Assembly (NCBI GenBank): GCA_014381855.1
Contig: JACNKV010000035.1
Span: forward strand, 16,080 to 80,079
DNA: 64,000 nucleotides
Direction: 5' to 3'
DNA from: Fidelibacterota bacterium
GTDB taxonomy: Bacteria > Fidelibacterota > Marinisomatia > Marinisomatales > JACNKV01
In this document: positions 37,112-45,555 of the stretch, piece by piece
How positions within the stretch are numbered: the first letter of the stretch is position 1
How the letters are laid out: each line of letters begins with the position of its first letter
Position numbers and translations under genes: made by a program
The notes under the pieces: model-generated
Told to the model about the DNA's origin: nothing
What the model saw: only the letters and a program-made list of their open reading frames with translations
Databases searched by the model: none

Positions 37112-40100
37112 ATGAAGAAAGCTATCATTTTAGCACTGACTCTTTCGTTATCATTCTTATTCGCAACAAATGTCACATTTCAATTAGACATGAGCAATGA
37201 GGATGTAAGTGTAGATGGTGTACACATAGCCGGTGGTATGCAGGGTTGGGATCCTGCAGCATCAGAGCTTACGGACGCCGATGCAGACGGGATCTATGAG
37301 ATCACGTTTGATTTGACAGCCGGAGACACAGTCCAGTATACATTTCTAAATGGAAATAGCTGGGGTGGTCAGGAAGATAACACAGGTTTAGCAGAATGTG
37401 GTGTAGACAATGGATGGGGTGCATACAATCGTGTTTATATTGTTGGTGAAGTAGATGAGACAGTAGGTCCGGTTTGTTTTTCAAGTTGTATTACCTGTGA
37501 TCAGGTTTATGTAACATTCCAAGTTGACATGCAGAATGAAGAAGTTTCAGCGGAGGGTGTTCACATTGCCGGTAGCATGCAGGGCTGGGATCCTAGTGCA
37601 TCCGCTATGACGGACGAAGATGCAGATGGTGTATATGAAGCCACATTTGCATTGACAACAGGTGAGACCGCTTACTACAAGTATGTAAATGGTAATGCAT
37701 GGGGTTCTGAGGAGATTGTTCCTTCAGACTGTGCAGATGGTGGAAACCGTTTTTATGTTGTTGGTGAGATGGATGAGACACTTCCAGTTGTATGTTTCAG
37801 CGGTTGTTCAACATGTGAGCCGCCGAACATTGTAACGGCTGTTGTGACTTTCCAGGCAGATATGACCAATTTTGTAGGGTTTGATCCTTCGGTACATACA
37901 TTAGAAGTCCGTGGCAGTTTTAATGGTTGGGGCGGCGGAGATGCATTGCAGGCAGATTTGGTTGATCCGAACCTATATGTTCTTGATGTTGAGATCACAG
38001 AGAATGTCGGCAATGAAGTCTTTTGGAAGTTCAAGGCCAATCCTGATGAAGACTGGAATAACACCGGTTGGGAGACAGGAGATAATAAGGTATTTGATTG
38101 GACAGGAGAGGCTATTATTCTTGAAGCTCTTCAGCCGGACATTTTACCGGCTGGAGCTCCACTTACGAATGATGTCACCTTTACGTTTGCAGTTCAGTGG
38201 GTAGATGGTGTGCTGAATGTCAATAGTGGTGAGCCTTTCGTACAGAAGCCTGAAGTGATTGTATTCAACGGTTCATACCTGAATGGTTGGTACACATGGG
38301 GTGATTGTATTGGTGATGGGTGCGAGACACCGGCTAGTACCGATATGCCACATTTAACGGATGACGATGGAGATAACATCTTTACCGGAACATTATCCTT
38401 ACCTGCGGGTCATGATAATTTATTCATGGCGAAGTTTGGTGGATGGTATTCCGGGATTGAAATTGATGCTCCGGGAACGAATGGTGCGATAGATAACGAA
38501 GCCGGGTTTGGTCAAGATCGTGTGATTTTGATCCCTGTAGATGCAACAGAGTTTGCATATGAAACTATCTTCGGTATCAATAACCCGGATAATGAATTTC
38601 CTGAGGATCCTGTAGGCGTCCTGGTCACATTTCAATTAGACATGAGCAATGAGGATGTAAGTGTAGATGGTGTACACATAGCCGGTGGTATGCAGGGTTG
38701 GGATCCTGCAGCATCAGAGCTTACGGACGCCGATGCAGACGGGATCTATGAGATCACGTTTGATTTGACAGCCGGAGACACAGTCCAGTATACATTTCTA
38801 AATGGAAATAGCTGGGGTGGTCAGGAAGATAACACAGGTTTAGCAGAATGTGGTGTAGACAATGGATGGGGTGCATACAATCGTGTTTATATTGTTGGTG
38901 AAGTAGATGAGACAGTAGGTCCGGTTTGTTTTTCAAGTTGTATTACCTGTGATCAGGTTTATGTAACATTCCAAGTTGACATGCAGAATGAAGAAGTTTC
39001 AGCGGAGGGTGTTCACATTGCCGGTAGCATGCAGGGCTGGGATCCTAGTGCATCCGCTATGACGGACGAAGATGCAGATGGTGTATATGAAGCCACATTT
39101 GCATTGACAACAGGTGAGACCGCTTACTACAAGTATGTAAATGGTAATGCATGGGGTTCTGAGGAGATTGTTCCTTCAGACTGTGCAGATGGTGGAAACC
39201 GTTTTTATGTTGTTGGTGAGATGGATGAGACACTTCCAGTTGTATGTTTCAGCGGTTGTTCAACATGTGAGCCGCCGAACATTGTAACGGCTGTTGTGAC
39301 TTTCCAGGCAGATATGACCAATTTTGTAGGGTTTGATCCTTCGGTACATACATTAGAAGTCCGTGGCAGTTTTAATGGTTGGGGCGGCGGAGATGCATTG
39401 CAGGCAGATTTGGTTGATCCGAACCTATATGTTCTTGATGTTGAGATCACAGAGAATGTCGGCAATGAAGTCTTTTGGAAGTTCAAGGCCAATCCTGATG
39501 AAGACTGGAATAACACCGGTTGGGAGACAGGAGATAATAAGGTATTTGATTGGACAGGAGAGGCTATTATTCTTGAAGCTCTTCAGCCGGACATTTTACC
39601 GGCTGGAGCTCCACTTACGAATGATGTCACCTTTACGTTTGCAGTTCAGTGGGTAGATGGTGTGCTGAATGTCAATAGTGGTGAGCCTTTCGTACAGAAG
39701 CCTGAAGTGATTGTATTCAACGGTTCATACCTGAATGGTTGGTACACATGGGGTGATTGTATTGGTGATGGGTGCGAGACACCGGCTAGTACCGATATGC
39801 CACATTTAACGGATGACGATGGAGATAACATCTTTACCGGAACATTATCCTTACCTGCGGGTCATGATAATTTATTCATGGCGAAGTTTGGTGGATGGTA
39901 TTCCGGGATTGAAATTGATGCTCCGGGAACGAATGGTGCGATAGATAACGAAGCCGGGTTTGGTCAAGATCGTGTGATTTTGATCCCTGTAGATGCAACA
40001 GAGTTTGCATATGAAACTATCTTCGGTATCAATAACCCGGATAATGAATTAAGTGTTGTCAATCTGGAAATGATTCCTGATGAGTTCGCACTTAAAGGAA

Positions 40101-40357
40101 ATTTTCCGAATCCGTTCAACCCTGAAACGAGTATCATGTTTGATCTGGATATCACGTCCAATGTAACGGTAAAGATTTACTCTCTCTTAGGAGAAGAAGT
40201 CATTACACTTTACAATGGACAAGCAGATCCTGGGGTGTATTCCATTAAATGGAATGCAACAAACTCCATGGGACGTGAAGTTCCTTCAGGTGTATATCTG
40301 TATAGTGTTATTTCAGATAAACGCATGCATACTGGTAAAATGTTATTGTTGAAATAA
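37112..40357 (+). CDS. multi-module (CBM-like) surface protein with T9SS CTD, containing an internal 484-codon tandem duplication
   Basis: AAGGAG RBS and signal peptide. Repeated modules of type VTFQxDM..GVHIAGxMQGWDP..TDxDADGxYE..Y.F.NGN.WG..CFSxCxTC, plus GSFNGWGGG-type modules. CTD runs FPNPFNPETSIMF..GVYLYSV..GKMLLLK. Confidence 0.85.
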   Translation: MKKAIILALTLSLSFLFATNVTFQLDMSNEDVSVDGVHIAGGMQGWDPAASELTDADADGIYEITFDLTAGDTVQYTFLNGNSWGGQEDNTGLAECGVDNGWGAYNRVYIVGEVDETVGPVCFSSCITCDQVYVTFQVDMQNEEVSAEGVHIAGSMQGWDPSASAMTDEDADGVYEATFALTTGETAYYKYVNGNAWGSEEIVPSDCADGGNRFYVVGEMDETLPVVCFSGCSTCEPPNIVTAVVTFQADMTNFVGFDPSVHTLEVRGSFNGWGGGDALQADLVDPNLYVLDVEITENVGNEVFWKFKANPDEDWNNTGWETGDNKVFDWTGEAIILEALQPDILPAGAPLTNDVTFTFAVQWVDGVLNVNSGEPFVQKPEVIVFNGSYLNGWYTWGDCIGDGCETPASTDMPHLTDDDGDNIFTGTLSLPAGHDNLFMAKFGGWYSGIEIDAPGTNGAIDNEAGFGQDRVILIPVDATEFAYETIFGINNPDNEFPEDPVGVLVTFQLDMSNEDVSVDGVHIAGGMQGWDPAASELTDADADGIYEITFDLTAGDTVQYTFLNGNSWGGQEDNTGLAECGVDNGWGAYNRVYIVGEVDETVGPVCFSSCITCDQVYVTFQVDMQNEEVSAEGVHIAGSMQGWDPSASAMTDEDADGVYEATFALTTGETAYYKYVNGNAWGSEEIVPSDCADGGNRFYVVGEMDETLPVVCFSGCSTCEPPNIVTAVVTFQADMTNFVGFDPSVHTLEVRGSFNGWGGGDALQADLVDPNLYVLDVEITENVGNEVFWKFKANPDEDWNNTGWETGDNKVFDWTGEAIILEALQPDILPAGAPLTNDVTFTFAVQWVDGVLNVNSGEPFVQKPEVIVFNGSYLNGWYTWGDCIGDGCETPASTDMPHLTDDDGDNIFTGTLSLPAGHDNLFMAKFGGWYSGIEIDAPGTNGAIDNEAGFGQDRVILIPVDATEFAYETIFGINNPDNELSVVNLEMIPDEFALKGNFPNPFNPETSIMFDLDITSNVTVKIYSLLGEEVITLYNGQADPGVYSIKWNATNSMGREVPSGVYLYSVISDKRMHTGKMLLLK
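37172..38598 (+). repeat. tandem direct repeat, copy 1 (1,427 bp)
   Basis: By-eye comparison shows it identical to 38624-40050. Four antisense ORF-track peptides recur with an exact 1,452-nt offset (for example 37302-37484 vs 38754-38936). Confidence 0.9.
38624..40050 (+). repeat. tandem direct repeat, copy 2 (1,427 bp)
   Basis: Period is 1,452 bp (484 codons, in frame). The copies are joined by the unique 25-bp linker 38599-38623. Identity stops at 37171/38623 on the left and 38599/40051 on the right. Confidence 0.9.
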
Positions 40358-40384
40358 ACACACTTTACTAAAGTAATGTTGTAC

Positions 40385-40419
40385 AAAGTGCCGCAGAATT
40401 CTGCGGCACTTTGTTTATT
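40385..40419 (+). terminator. rho-independent terminator
   Basis: AAAGTGCCGCAG-AATT-CTGCGGCACTTT is a perfect 12-bp stem followed by GTTTATT. It lies 28 nt after the stop of the CDS at 37112-40357. Confidence 0.85.
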
Positions 40420-40501
40420 GGCATACATAAATAAAGAAGCTGTAATTTCTATTTGCCAATGAACCAAAGAATTATCGCAGACGAACTAAATAATTCATTC
40501 A

Positions 40502-41806
40502 ATGAATAGAATACTAACCATTACCCTAATTACTATTTTGTTATTAAACGGTTGCTCCGATAAAGAGAATACTGACCCATATATTGCTAAAGTTGGATCA
40601 AGCATAGTATCTTTAGACCAATTTTTGAATAGTTATAAAAAGATCATTCGATTATCAAATCTGTCTGACTCCCCGGAGTTGCGAAAAATGCATGCAGAAA
40701 AATTAGTTGAAAAAAAACTATTAGCTATAGCTGCAAGAAATAAAAACTTAAATTTAGATAATCATGCAAGGCAACAGGTTGAATTAGCAAAAGAAGATAT
40801 TATGAGAGAGTTATTGTATGAACGTAAGATAGCTCAAGCAGATGTAACAATCCCCGACTCAATGTTGCGAAAACATTACCGTTGGAAAAATACAGAAGTA
40901 AAACTCCGCCATATTTTTCATCAAGAATATAGTTTTATTGATTCACTGTCAAAAATAATTAAGCAGGATACGGTAAAATTTATTCATGAAGCAAAACTTC
41001 ATTTAAAGAATATAGAGTTGAAAAATTCAGGAGGGAATTTGGGTTGGATTCCATATGATGCTTTAGATCCTAACTTAGAAGAACATGCATTTTCAATGTC
41101 TATTGGTAAAATAGCAGAACCGGTACAATCATCATATGGATGGCATATCTTATATAAAGAAAATGAAAAATACCAACTTTTTATCGATGAGAACCTATTT
41201 CAATCCCAAAAGGAAAAACTCAGAATAAGAATTCTTCAAAAAAAACGTCAAATAATTGCAGATCAATATGTAAACAACCTAATCCAAGATAAAGAGATAA
41301 GTATTAATGATTCACTGTTCTATTATATCTCGGCTCTAATTGGATATGCCATCAATTCTAAAGAGTCAAAGTCAATAACAGAGACACAACAGGAATCAAT
41401 TTATGCTAAACTTACGGATGTTAAGAAAGAAGTGTTGGCTAATATTGAAGGAAAATCATTGACTGTTGATGACTTTATCATACGATTACAAACCCAACCT
41501 CCTAATATTATCAATGGCAATTTGACAACCGGGTTGTACAGAATAATTAGAGATATTATCTTAGCCAAAGAAGCAAAAGATCTAAGTATGAATAAACATA
41601 CGAGAGTTAAGCAAAGAATTACCGACGTCCAGGATAATTATTATACATCACTTTTTTTGAAAACAGTGTTACCAAGAGATAGTACTCATATTCAAAATAC
41701 AGATTTAAAGAAAATTGCTGATAGTCTAGCAAATATATATACGGTAAAATATAACGATGCTCTGTTAGACACATTCGTATTATATTTGAAACAAATCAAT
41801 AAATAA
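40502..41806 (+). CDS. SurA-like peptidyl-prolyl cis-trans isomerase lipoprotein (parvulin/PpiC type)
   Basis: Lipobox LLNGC. Rotamase domain VKLRHIF..GGNLGWIPYDALDPNLEEHAFSMSIGKIAEPVQSSYGWHILY. Confidence 0.82.
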   Translation: MNRILTITLITILLLNGCSDKENTDPYIAKVGSSIVSLDQFLNSYKKIIRLSNLSDSPELRKMHAEKLVEKKLLAIAARNKNLNLDNHARQQVELAKEDIMRELLYERKIAQADVTIPDSMLRKHYRWKNTEVKLRHIFHQEYSFIDSLSKIIKQDTVKFIHEAKLHLKNIELKNSGGNLGWIPYDALDPNLEEHAFSMSIGKIAEPVQSSYGWHILYKENEKYQLFIDENLFQSQKEKLRIRILQKKRQIIADQYVNNLIQDKEISINDSLFYYISALIGYAINSKESKSITETQQESIYAKLTDVKKEVLANIEGKSLTVDDFIIRLQTQPPNIINGNLTTGLYRIIRDIILAKEAKDLSMNKHTRVKQRITDVQDNYYTSLFLKTVLPRDSTHIQNTDLKKIADSLANIYTVKYNDALLDTFVLYLKQINK

Positions 41807-41809
41807 AAT

Positions 41810-43771
41810 GTGGTTAAGATGAACACGAAACAGACCCCTGTAAAGCGAATCTTGTTCAAGGCAATATTAGTGTCTATACCTATTATATTTCTATTATTGA
41901 CTGAAGGATTATTAAGGTTCATAGATGTCGGTAATGACCTGCAGCTTTTTCATACTTATCATGAAAATTCTGATTTACTTGTTGCTAACTCAGATGTGAG
42001 CCTTCGATATTTTTCCAAAAAAGGGATGACGGGTTTTGGAACGGTAGACTCCTTTTGGAAAAATAAAAAGACTGATAGTAAACGAATATTTGTTCTGGGT
42101 GGTTCCACAACTGCAGGGTATCCATATTTTTTTAATGGTGGATTCCCTTCGATGTTAAAGACTCAATTGGAATCCGTATATCCAAATACTGAATTTGAAA
42201 TGATTAACTTAGGAATGACCGCAGTTAATTCTTATACAGTGCGAGATCTTGCAAAAGAATGCTTAGAGTATGAACCGGATTTATTGATTATTTATACTGG
42301 ACATAATGAATTTTATGGTGCTCTTGGGGCAGGCTCAAGCCAAGGCGCATTTGGAATATATTTAGGTGGCAGGCCTTTTATCTTAACGCTTATACAGTTG
42401 AAGCAGTGGAAACTATATCAGGTTGTCAGATTTTTGATTGAGAAAATAAAACCAACCCCCAAAATAACAGAGAGGGGCACTGAAACCTTGATGTCGCGAC
42501 TTGCAAAGGAGCAAGAAATATCATGGGGCTCATCACTATATTGGAATACAATTGATGTATTTGAGAAGAATATTAGGGATATCATTTTATGGGGGGAAGA
42601 ACGAAATGTACCTGTACTTATTGGGACTGTAGCATCAAATGTACGTGATCAAAAACCGTATGTGTCAATTCATAGTTCTGAAGTAGATGTGCCGTCGATA
42701 GAAAAAACAATTCTGAATATTCGATCCTTGATGATGAAAAATGAGTTTAATAAATCATTATTAGAAATAAAAGAAGCGATTAAAACAGATCCAAAATATG
42801 CACTATTATATTTTTATGCAGGGAGATGTAACGAGTATCTTAAGAATTATGAAGAAGCTAATTTGCAGTATGAATTAGCAAGAGATTATGACGGACTTCG
42901 ATTCAGAGCGTCAAGTGATTTAAATGAGAGTATAAAGGCGTTTCAAGTGTATAGTAACATGTATTTATCAGACATTGAATATTACCTAGCAGAATCGGCA
43001 ACAAACGGTTTAGTTGGATATGATTATATGTTAGAACATCTACATCCTAATGAAGAGGGTAATAATCGTATTGCGGAGTCGTTTTACACGTCAATTATTG
43101 AAAATGATCTTTTAAACATGGATATAATAGACCCCAGTACTAAAATTGAAAAATATCAGGTCTGGATGACTCAATTAGACAGAACTATTGCGGATTATCG
43201 AATAAAGATATTGACTTCAGGATGGCCTTTTTCTCCAAATAACAGATTTATTACCGTGGCAGAACTTCAACAAAATAATATGGTTGATTCTGTAGCAGTA
43301 TACATGCTTCAAAATAAATTATCTTATTGGGAGGCGCACATAAAAATGGCAGAATATTATCGAAAGATATTGGATGTTGGTAGAGCTGAGAGGGAGTATC
43401 TTGCTTTGATTTCAGCATTTTCAAATGTTTGGAAGAGTTATAAAGCAATTGCAGAATTTTATATTGAATTTGAGTTGTATGATAAAGCTTTAGTACACCT
43501 GATTCAGGCAATAAATCTTGGGGGTGATTCATATTGTTACAAAATGGCGGGAAGTATTTTTGTCCAAAACGATAAGCCTAAAGAGGCAATAAACTATCTG
43601 GAAGTGGCTTGTGAACTTTCTCCGGGAGATGCTCAGGCACTATATAATTTAAGTGGTGCATACTATTTAACCGATAATGTAGATGGTGCAATTGAATTAT
43701 TGGAGAGAATTATCAAAGAATTTCCCCATTACGACCAGGCGAAAATATTTTATAACCAGATTAAGGAATAG
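41810..43771 (+). CDS. membrane-anchored SGNH/GDSL-like hydrolase domain fused to C-terminal TPR repeats
   Basis: N-terminal TM helix. Block I-like RIFVLGGSTTAGYPY, IIYTGHNEF, and block V-like EHLHPNEEGNNRIAESF. TPR-like C-terminus. GTG start at 41810, with an alternative ATG at 41819. Confidence 0.65.
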   Translation: MVKMNTKQTPVKRILFKAILVSIPIIFLLLTEGLLRFIDVGNDLQLFHTYHENSDLLVANSDVSLRYFSKKGMTGFGTVDSFWKNKKTDSKRIFVLGGSTTAGYPYFFNGGFPSMLKTQLESVYPNTEFEMINLGMTAVNSYTVRDLAKECLEYEPDLLIIYTGHNEFYGALGAGSSQGAFGIYLGGRPFILTLIQLKQWKLYQVVRFLIEKIKPTPKITERGTETLMSRLAKEQEISWGSSLYWNTIDVFEKNIRDIILWGEERNVPVLIGTVASNVRDQKPYVSIHSSEVDVPSIEKTILNIRSLMMKNEFNKSLLEIKEAIKTDPKYALLYFYAGRCNEYLKNYEEANLQYELARDYDGLRFRASSDLNESIKAFQVYSNMYLSDIEYYLAESATNGLVGYDYMLEHLHPNEEGNNRIAESFYTSIIENDLLNMDIIDPSTKIEKYQVWMTQLDRTIADYRIKILTSGWPFSPNNRFITVAELQQNNMVDSVAVYMLQNKLSYWEAHIKMAEYYRKILDVGRAEREYLALISAFSNVWKSYKAIAEFYIEFELYDKALVHLIQAINLGGDSYCYKMAGSIFVQNDKPKEAINYLEVACELSPGDAQALYNLSGAYYLTDNVDGAIELLERIIKEFPHYDQAKIFYNQIKE

Positions 43772-43779
43772 CCCTCACA

Positions 43780-44961
43780 TTATTTAAGAAGGATAATTTT
43801 CTGCACACCTTGCCTTCCCAATGATCTCAGTGTGATAAAGTAAACCCCTGAGGCTACCTGTTGCTTATCATCATCTAATCCGTCCCAATTAATTATATGT
43901 TTTCCGGGCGCCAATTTTCTATTACAGAGTGTACGGATATTTTTTCCGGTAATATCATTTATCGTTATGACCAATAATAATTGATCCTTATGAATCATTA
44001 TCGGAATTGAGATTGTTGCGTTAAACGGATTGGGATAGGCGGGTTGTAGTACATATGTTTCCGGTAACGAAGGTGATTGGAGGTTGGTAGTTAATGGGGT
44101 ATCACTGGTCGAAAGAATTGTGAGGAGTCCATAATGGTCTGATGGATAGTGTTGTCCATTGTACGGTGTGTTTATGACAATATAGGATGTATCAATTATA
44201 ATATAACTAGAATTTTTTATAAAGTTGTAATCTATCTTTTTATAAGGATCTCCGGCAGGATATGTGTAGCCGGAAGAATTAGAGTGGGAATAAGCATAAG
44301 CACCGGTAAATCCTACTCCGCTTTCTGGGTTTGTTAAGGCGGACACGGGATCAGAAGATGGGGTGCAATTTAAATCCCCGACTAAAATGGAACCGATTCC
44401 GTTCCAACTGGATTCCTTAGATGTAACAAACTCTTTTATCTCGTTTACTTGTTGTAAACGGATTGCATTATGCTCTGTAAGATAAGATAGATGTGTGTTA
44501 AAAAAGTGCAAGTAACCAATGGGCGTTTGAAGATAAGTCCATACCACTTTCCTTGGAAATACGCCCGGGGTTAGATTGTCATAACCATTGCTAATTATTG
44601 GATGTTTGCTAATTATTCCAATACTTTCGTCAAATTGGCTCCAGGAAGTATGAGTCACTTGTTGGTAAACAAAGTAGTACTGATTGAAATGGACTCCAAG
44701 TGAATCAGCTATCTCTTCTGCCATATTGATTCCACCCCCACCGCCTTGGGGCTCATTTATCTCCTGTAATCCAATAATATCAGGGTTAATGGTTTTTAAA
44801 TGTTGGATGGTATGATGTAGACGTGTCTGCCAATCTGTATTTGGTTTCATTCCCATAAGATTATAGGTCATAATCTTTATTGAGTCCTGAGCAATTAGAC
44901 CGGAAATACTAATAGTAAATACCCAAATGCATTGACATATTTTTGTTTTAGAGAAATTCAT
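43780..44961 (-). CDS. endonuclease/exonuclease/phosphatase (EEP) family protein with T9SS CTD
   Basis: IKIMTYNLMGMK..NPDIIGLQEI N-terminal EEP motifs, GDLNC and SDHYG. CTD runs YPNPFNATISIP..GVYFITL..QKIILLK. Confidence 0.85.
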   Translation of the reverse strand: MNFSKTKICQCIWVFTISISGLIAQDSIKIMTYNLMGMKPNTDWQTRLHHTIQHLKTINPDIIGLQEINEPQGGGGGINMAEEIADSLGVHFNQYYFVYQQVTHTSWSQFDESIGIISKHPIISNGYDNLTPGVFPRKVVWTYLQTPIGYLHFFNTHLSYLTEHNAIRLQQVNEIKEFVTSKESSWNGIGSILVGDLNCTPSSDPVSALTNPESGVGFTGAYAYSHSNSSGYTYPAGDPYKKIDYNFIKNSSYIIIDTSYIVINTPYNGQHYPSDHYGLLTILSTSDTPLTTNLQSPSLPETYVLQPAYPNPFNATISIPIMIHKDQLLLVITINDITGKNIRTLCNRKLAPGKHIINWDGLDDDKQQVASGVYFITLRSLGRQGVQKIILLK

Positions 44962-44980
44962 GGTCGGTAATTGGGTTGGT

Positions 44981-45139
44981 TTAAAATAAGGTGTAGATAA
45001 ACGGGGCCAGCGCAGAACCCTCTGCGAAAATAATGATGAATCCTAAAAGAAATAGAAAAATAAAGATAGGAGCTAACCACCACTTTTTCCTGATTTTCAT
45101 GTAGATCCATATTTCACTGAAAATACTAAGTTTACTCAT
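44981..45139 (-). CDS. DUF5989-like small membrane protein (52 aa, below the ORF-track cut-off)
   Basis: My own translation is MSKLSIFSEIWIYMKIRKKWWLAPIFIFLFLLGFIIIFAEGSALAPFIYTLF. Its ATG shares one base with the SxtJ-like stop (TAATG). The KKWWL..GSALAPFIYTLF pattern matches the small protein I recall accompanying carbamoyltransferase/SxtJ pairs. Confidence 0.75.
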   Translation of the reverse strand: MSKLSIFSEIWIYMKIRKKWWLAPIFIFLFLLGFIIIFAEGSALAPFIYTLF

Positions 45140-45555
45140 TAGAACATCCTTTCCATTGAGGGTTTTTTATCATCTTTTTTTAACCAATAAGAATTACTAC
45201 CGTTAGAATTATTTTTTTGTCTTCGCAACAAACCAAGAGTATTTTTTATTAAACCATATGGTGTAATAATTACTATGTAAAATAATGTGAGGATGAATCG
45301 AGTAACAATAGATCCGATTAAAAGGGCAAGTATCATCCACGGAATATAAAGATATTTAATTAGAGATGGGAATACAATGGAGATTCCGGATAAAATTATT
45401 GTAGAAATGAGAATGTACAAGTATGTATTTCCTGTGCGATAATAAATGAAAAGCAAAATACCATAGATTATTCCCGTTAGGATTAATCCAAATTTCCTTA
45501 AGATATGTTTATCATAAAGAACCGTGTTCGTGCCTAGTGAATTAATCAAGCGCAT
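45139..45555 (-). CDS. SxtJ-family small membrane protein
   Basis: 138 aa with about 3 TM helices. Its start overlaps the carbamoyltransferase stop by 14 nt. Position and topology match the SxtJ-like partner of NodU/CmcH carbamoyltransferases. Confidence 0.65.
   Translation of the reverse strand: MRLINSLGTNTVLYDKHILRKFGLILTGIIYGILLFIYYRTGNTYLYILISTIILSGISIVFPSLIKYLYIPWMILALLIGSIVTRFILTLFYIVIITPYGLIKNTLGLLRRQKNNSNGSNSYWLKKDDKKPSMERMF

Noticed and set aside
37172-40050. The 1.45-kb repeat as an insertion sequence, a CRISPR-like array or a diversity-generating retroelement target
   Set aside because: Both copies sit in frame inside one ORF and encode the same binding modules. There are no terminal inverted repeats, transposase, reverse transcriptase or spacer-like unique segments, apart from a 25-bp coding linker. 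Since the two copies are identical, mutagenic templating is ruled out.
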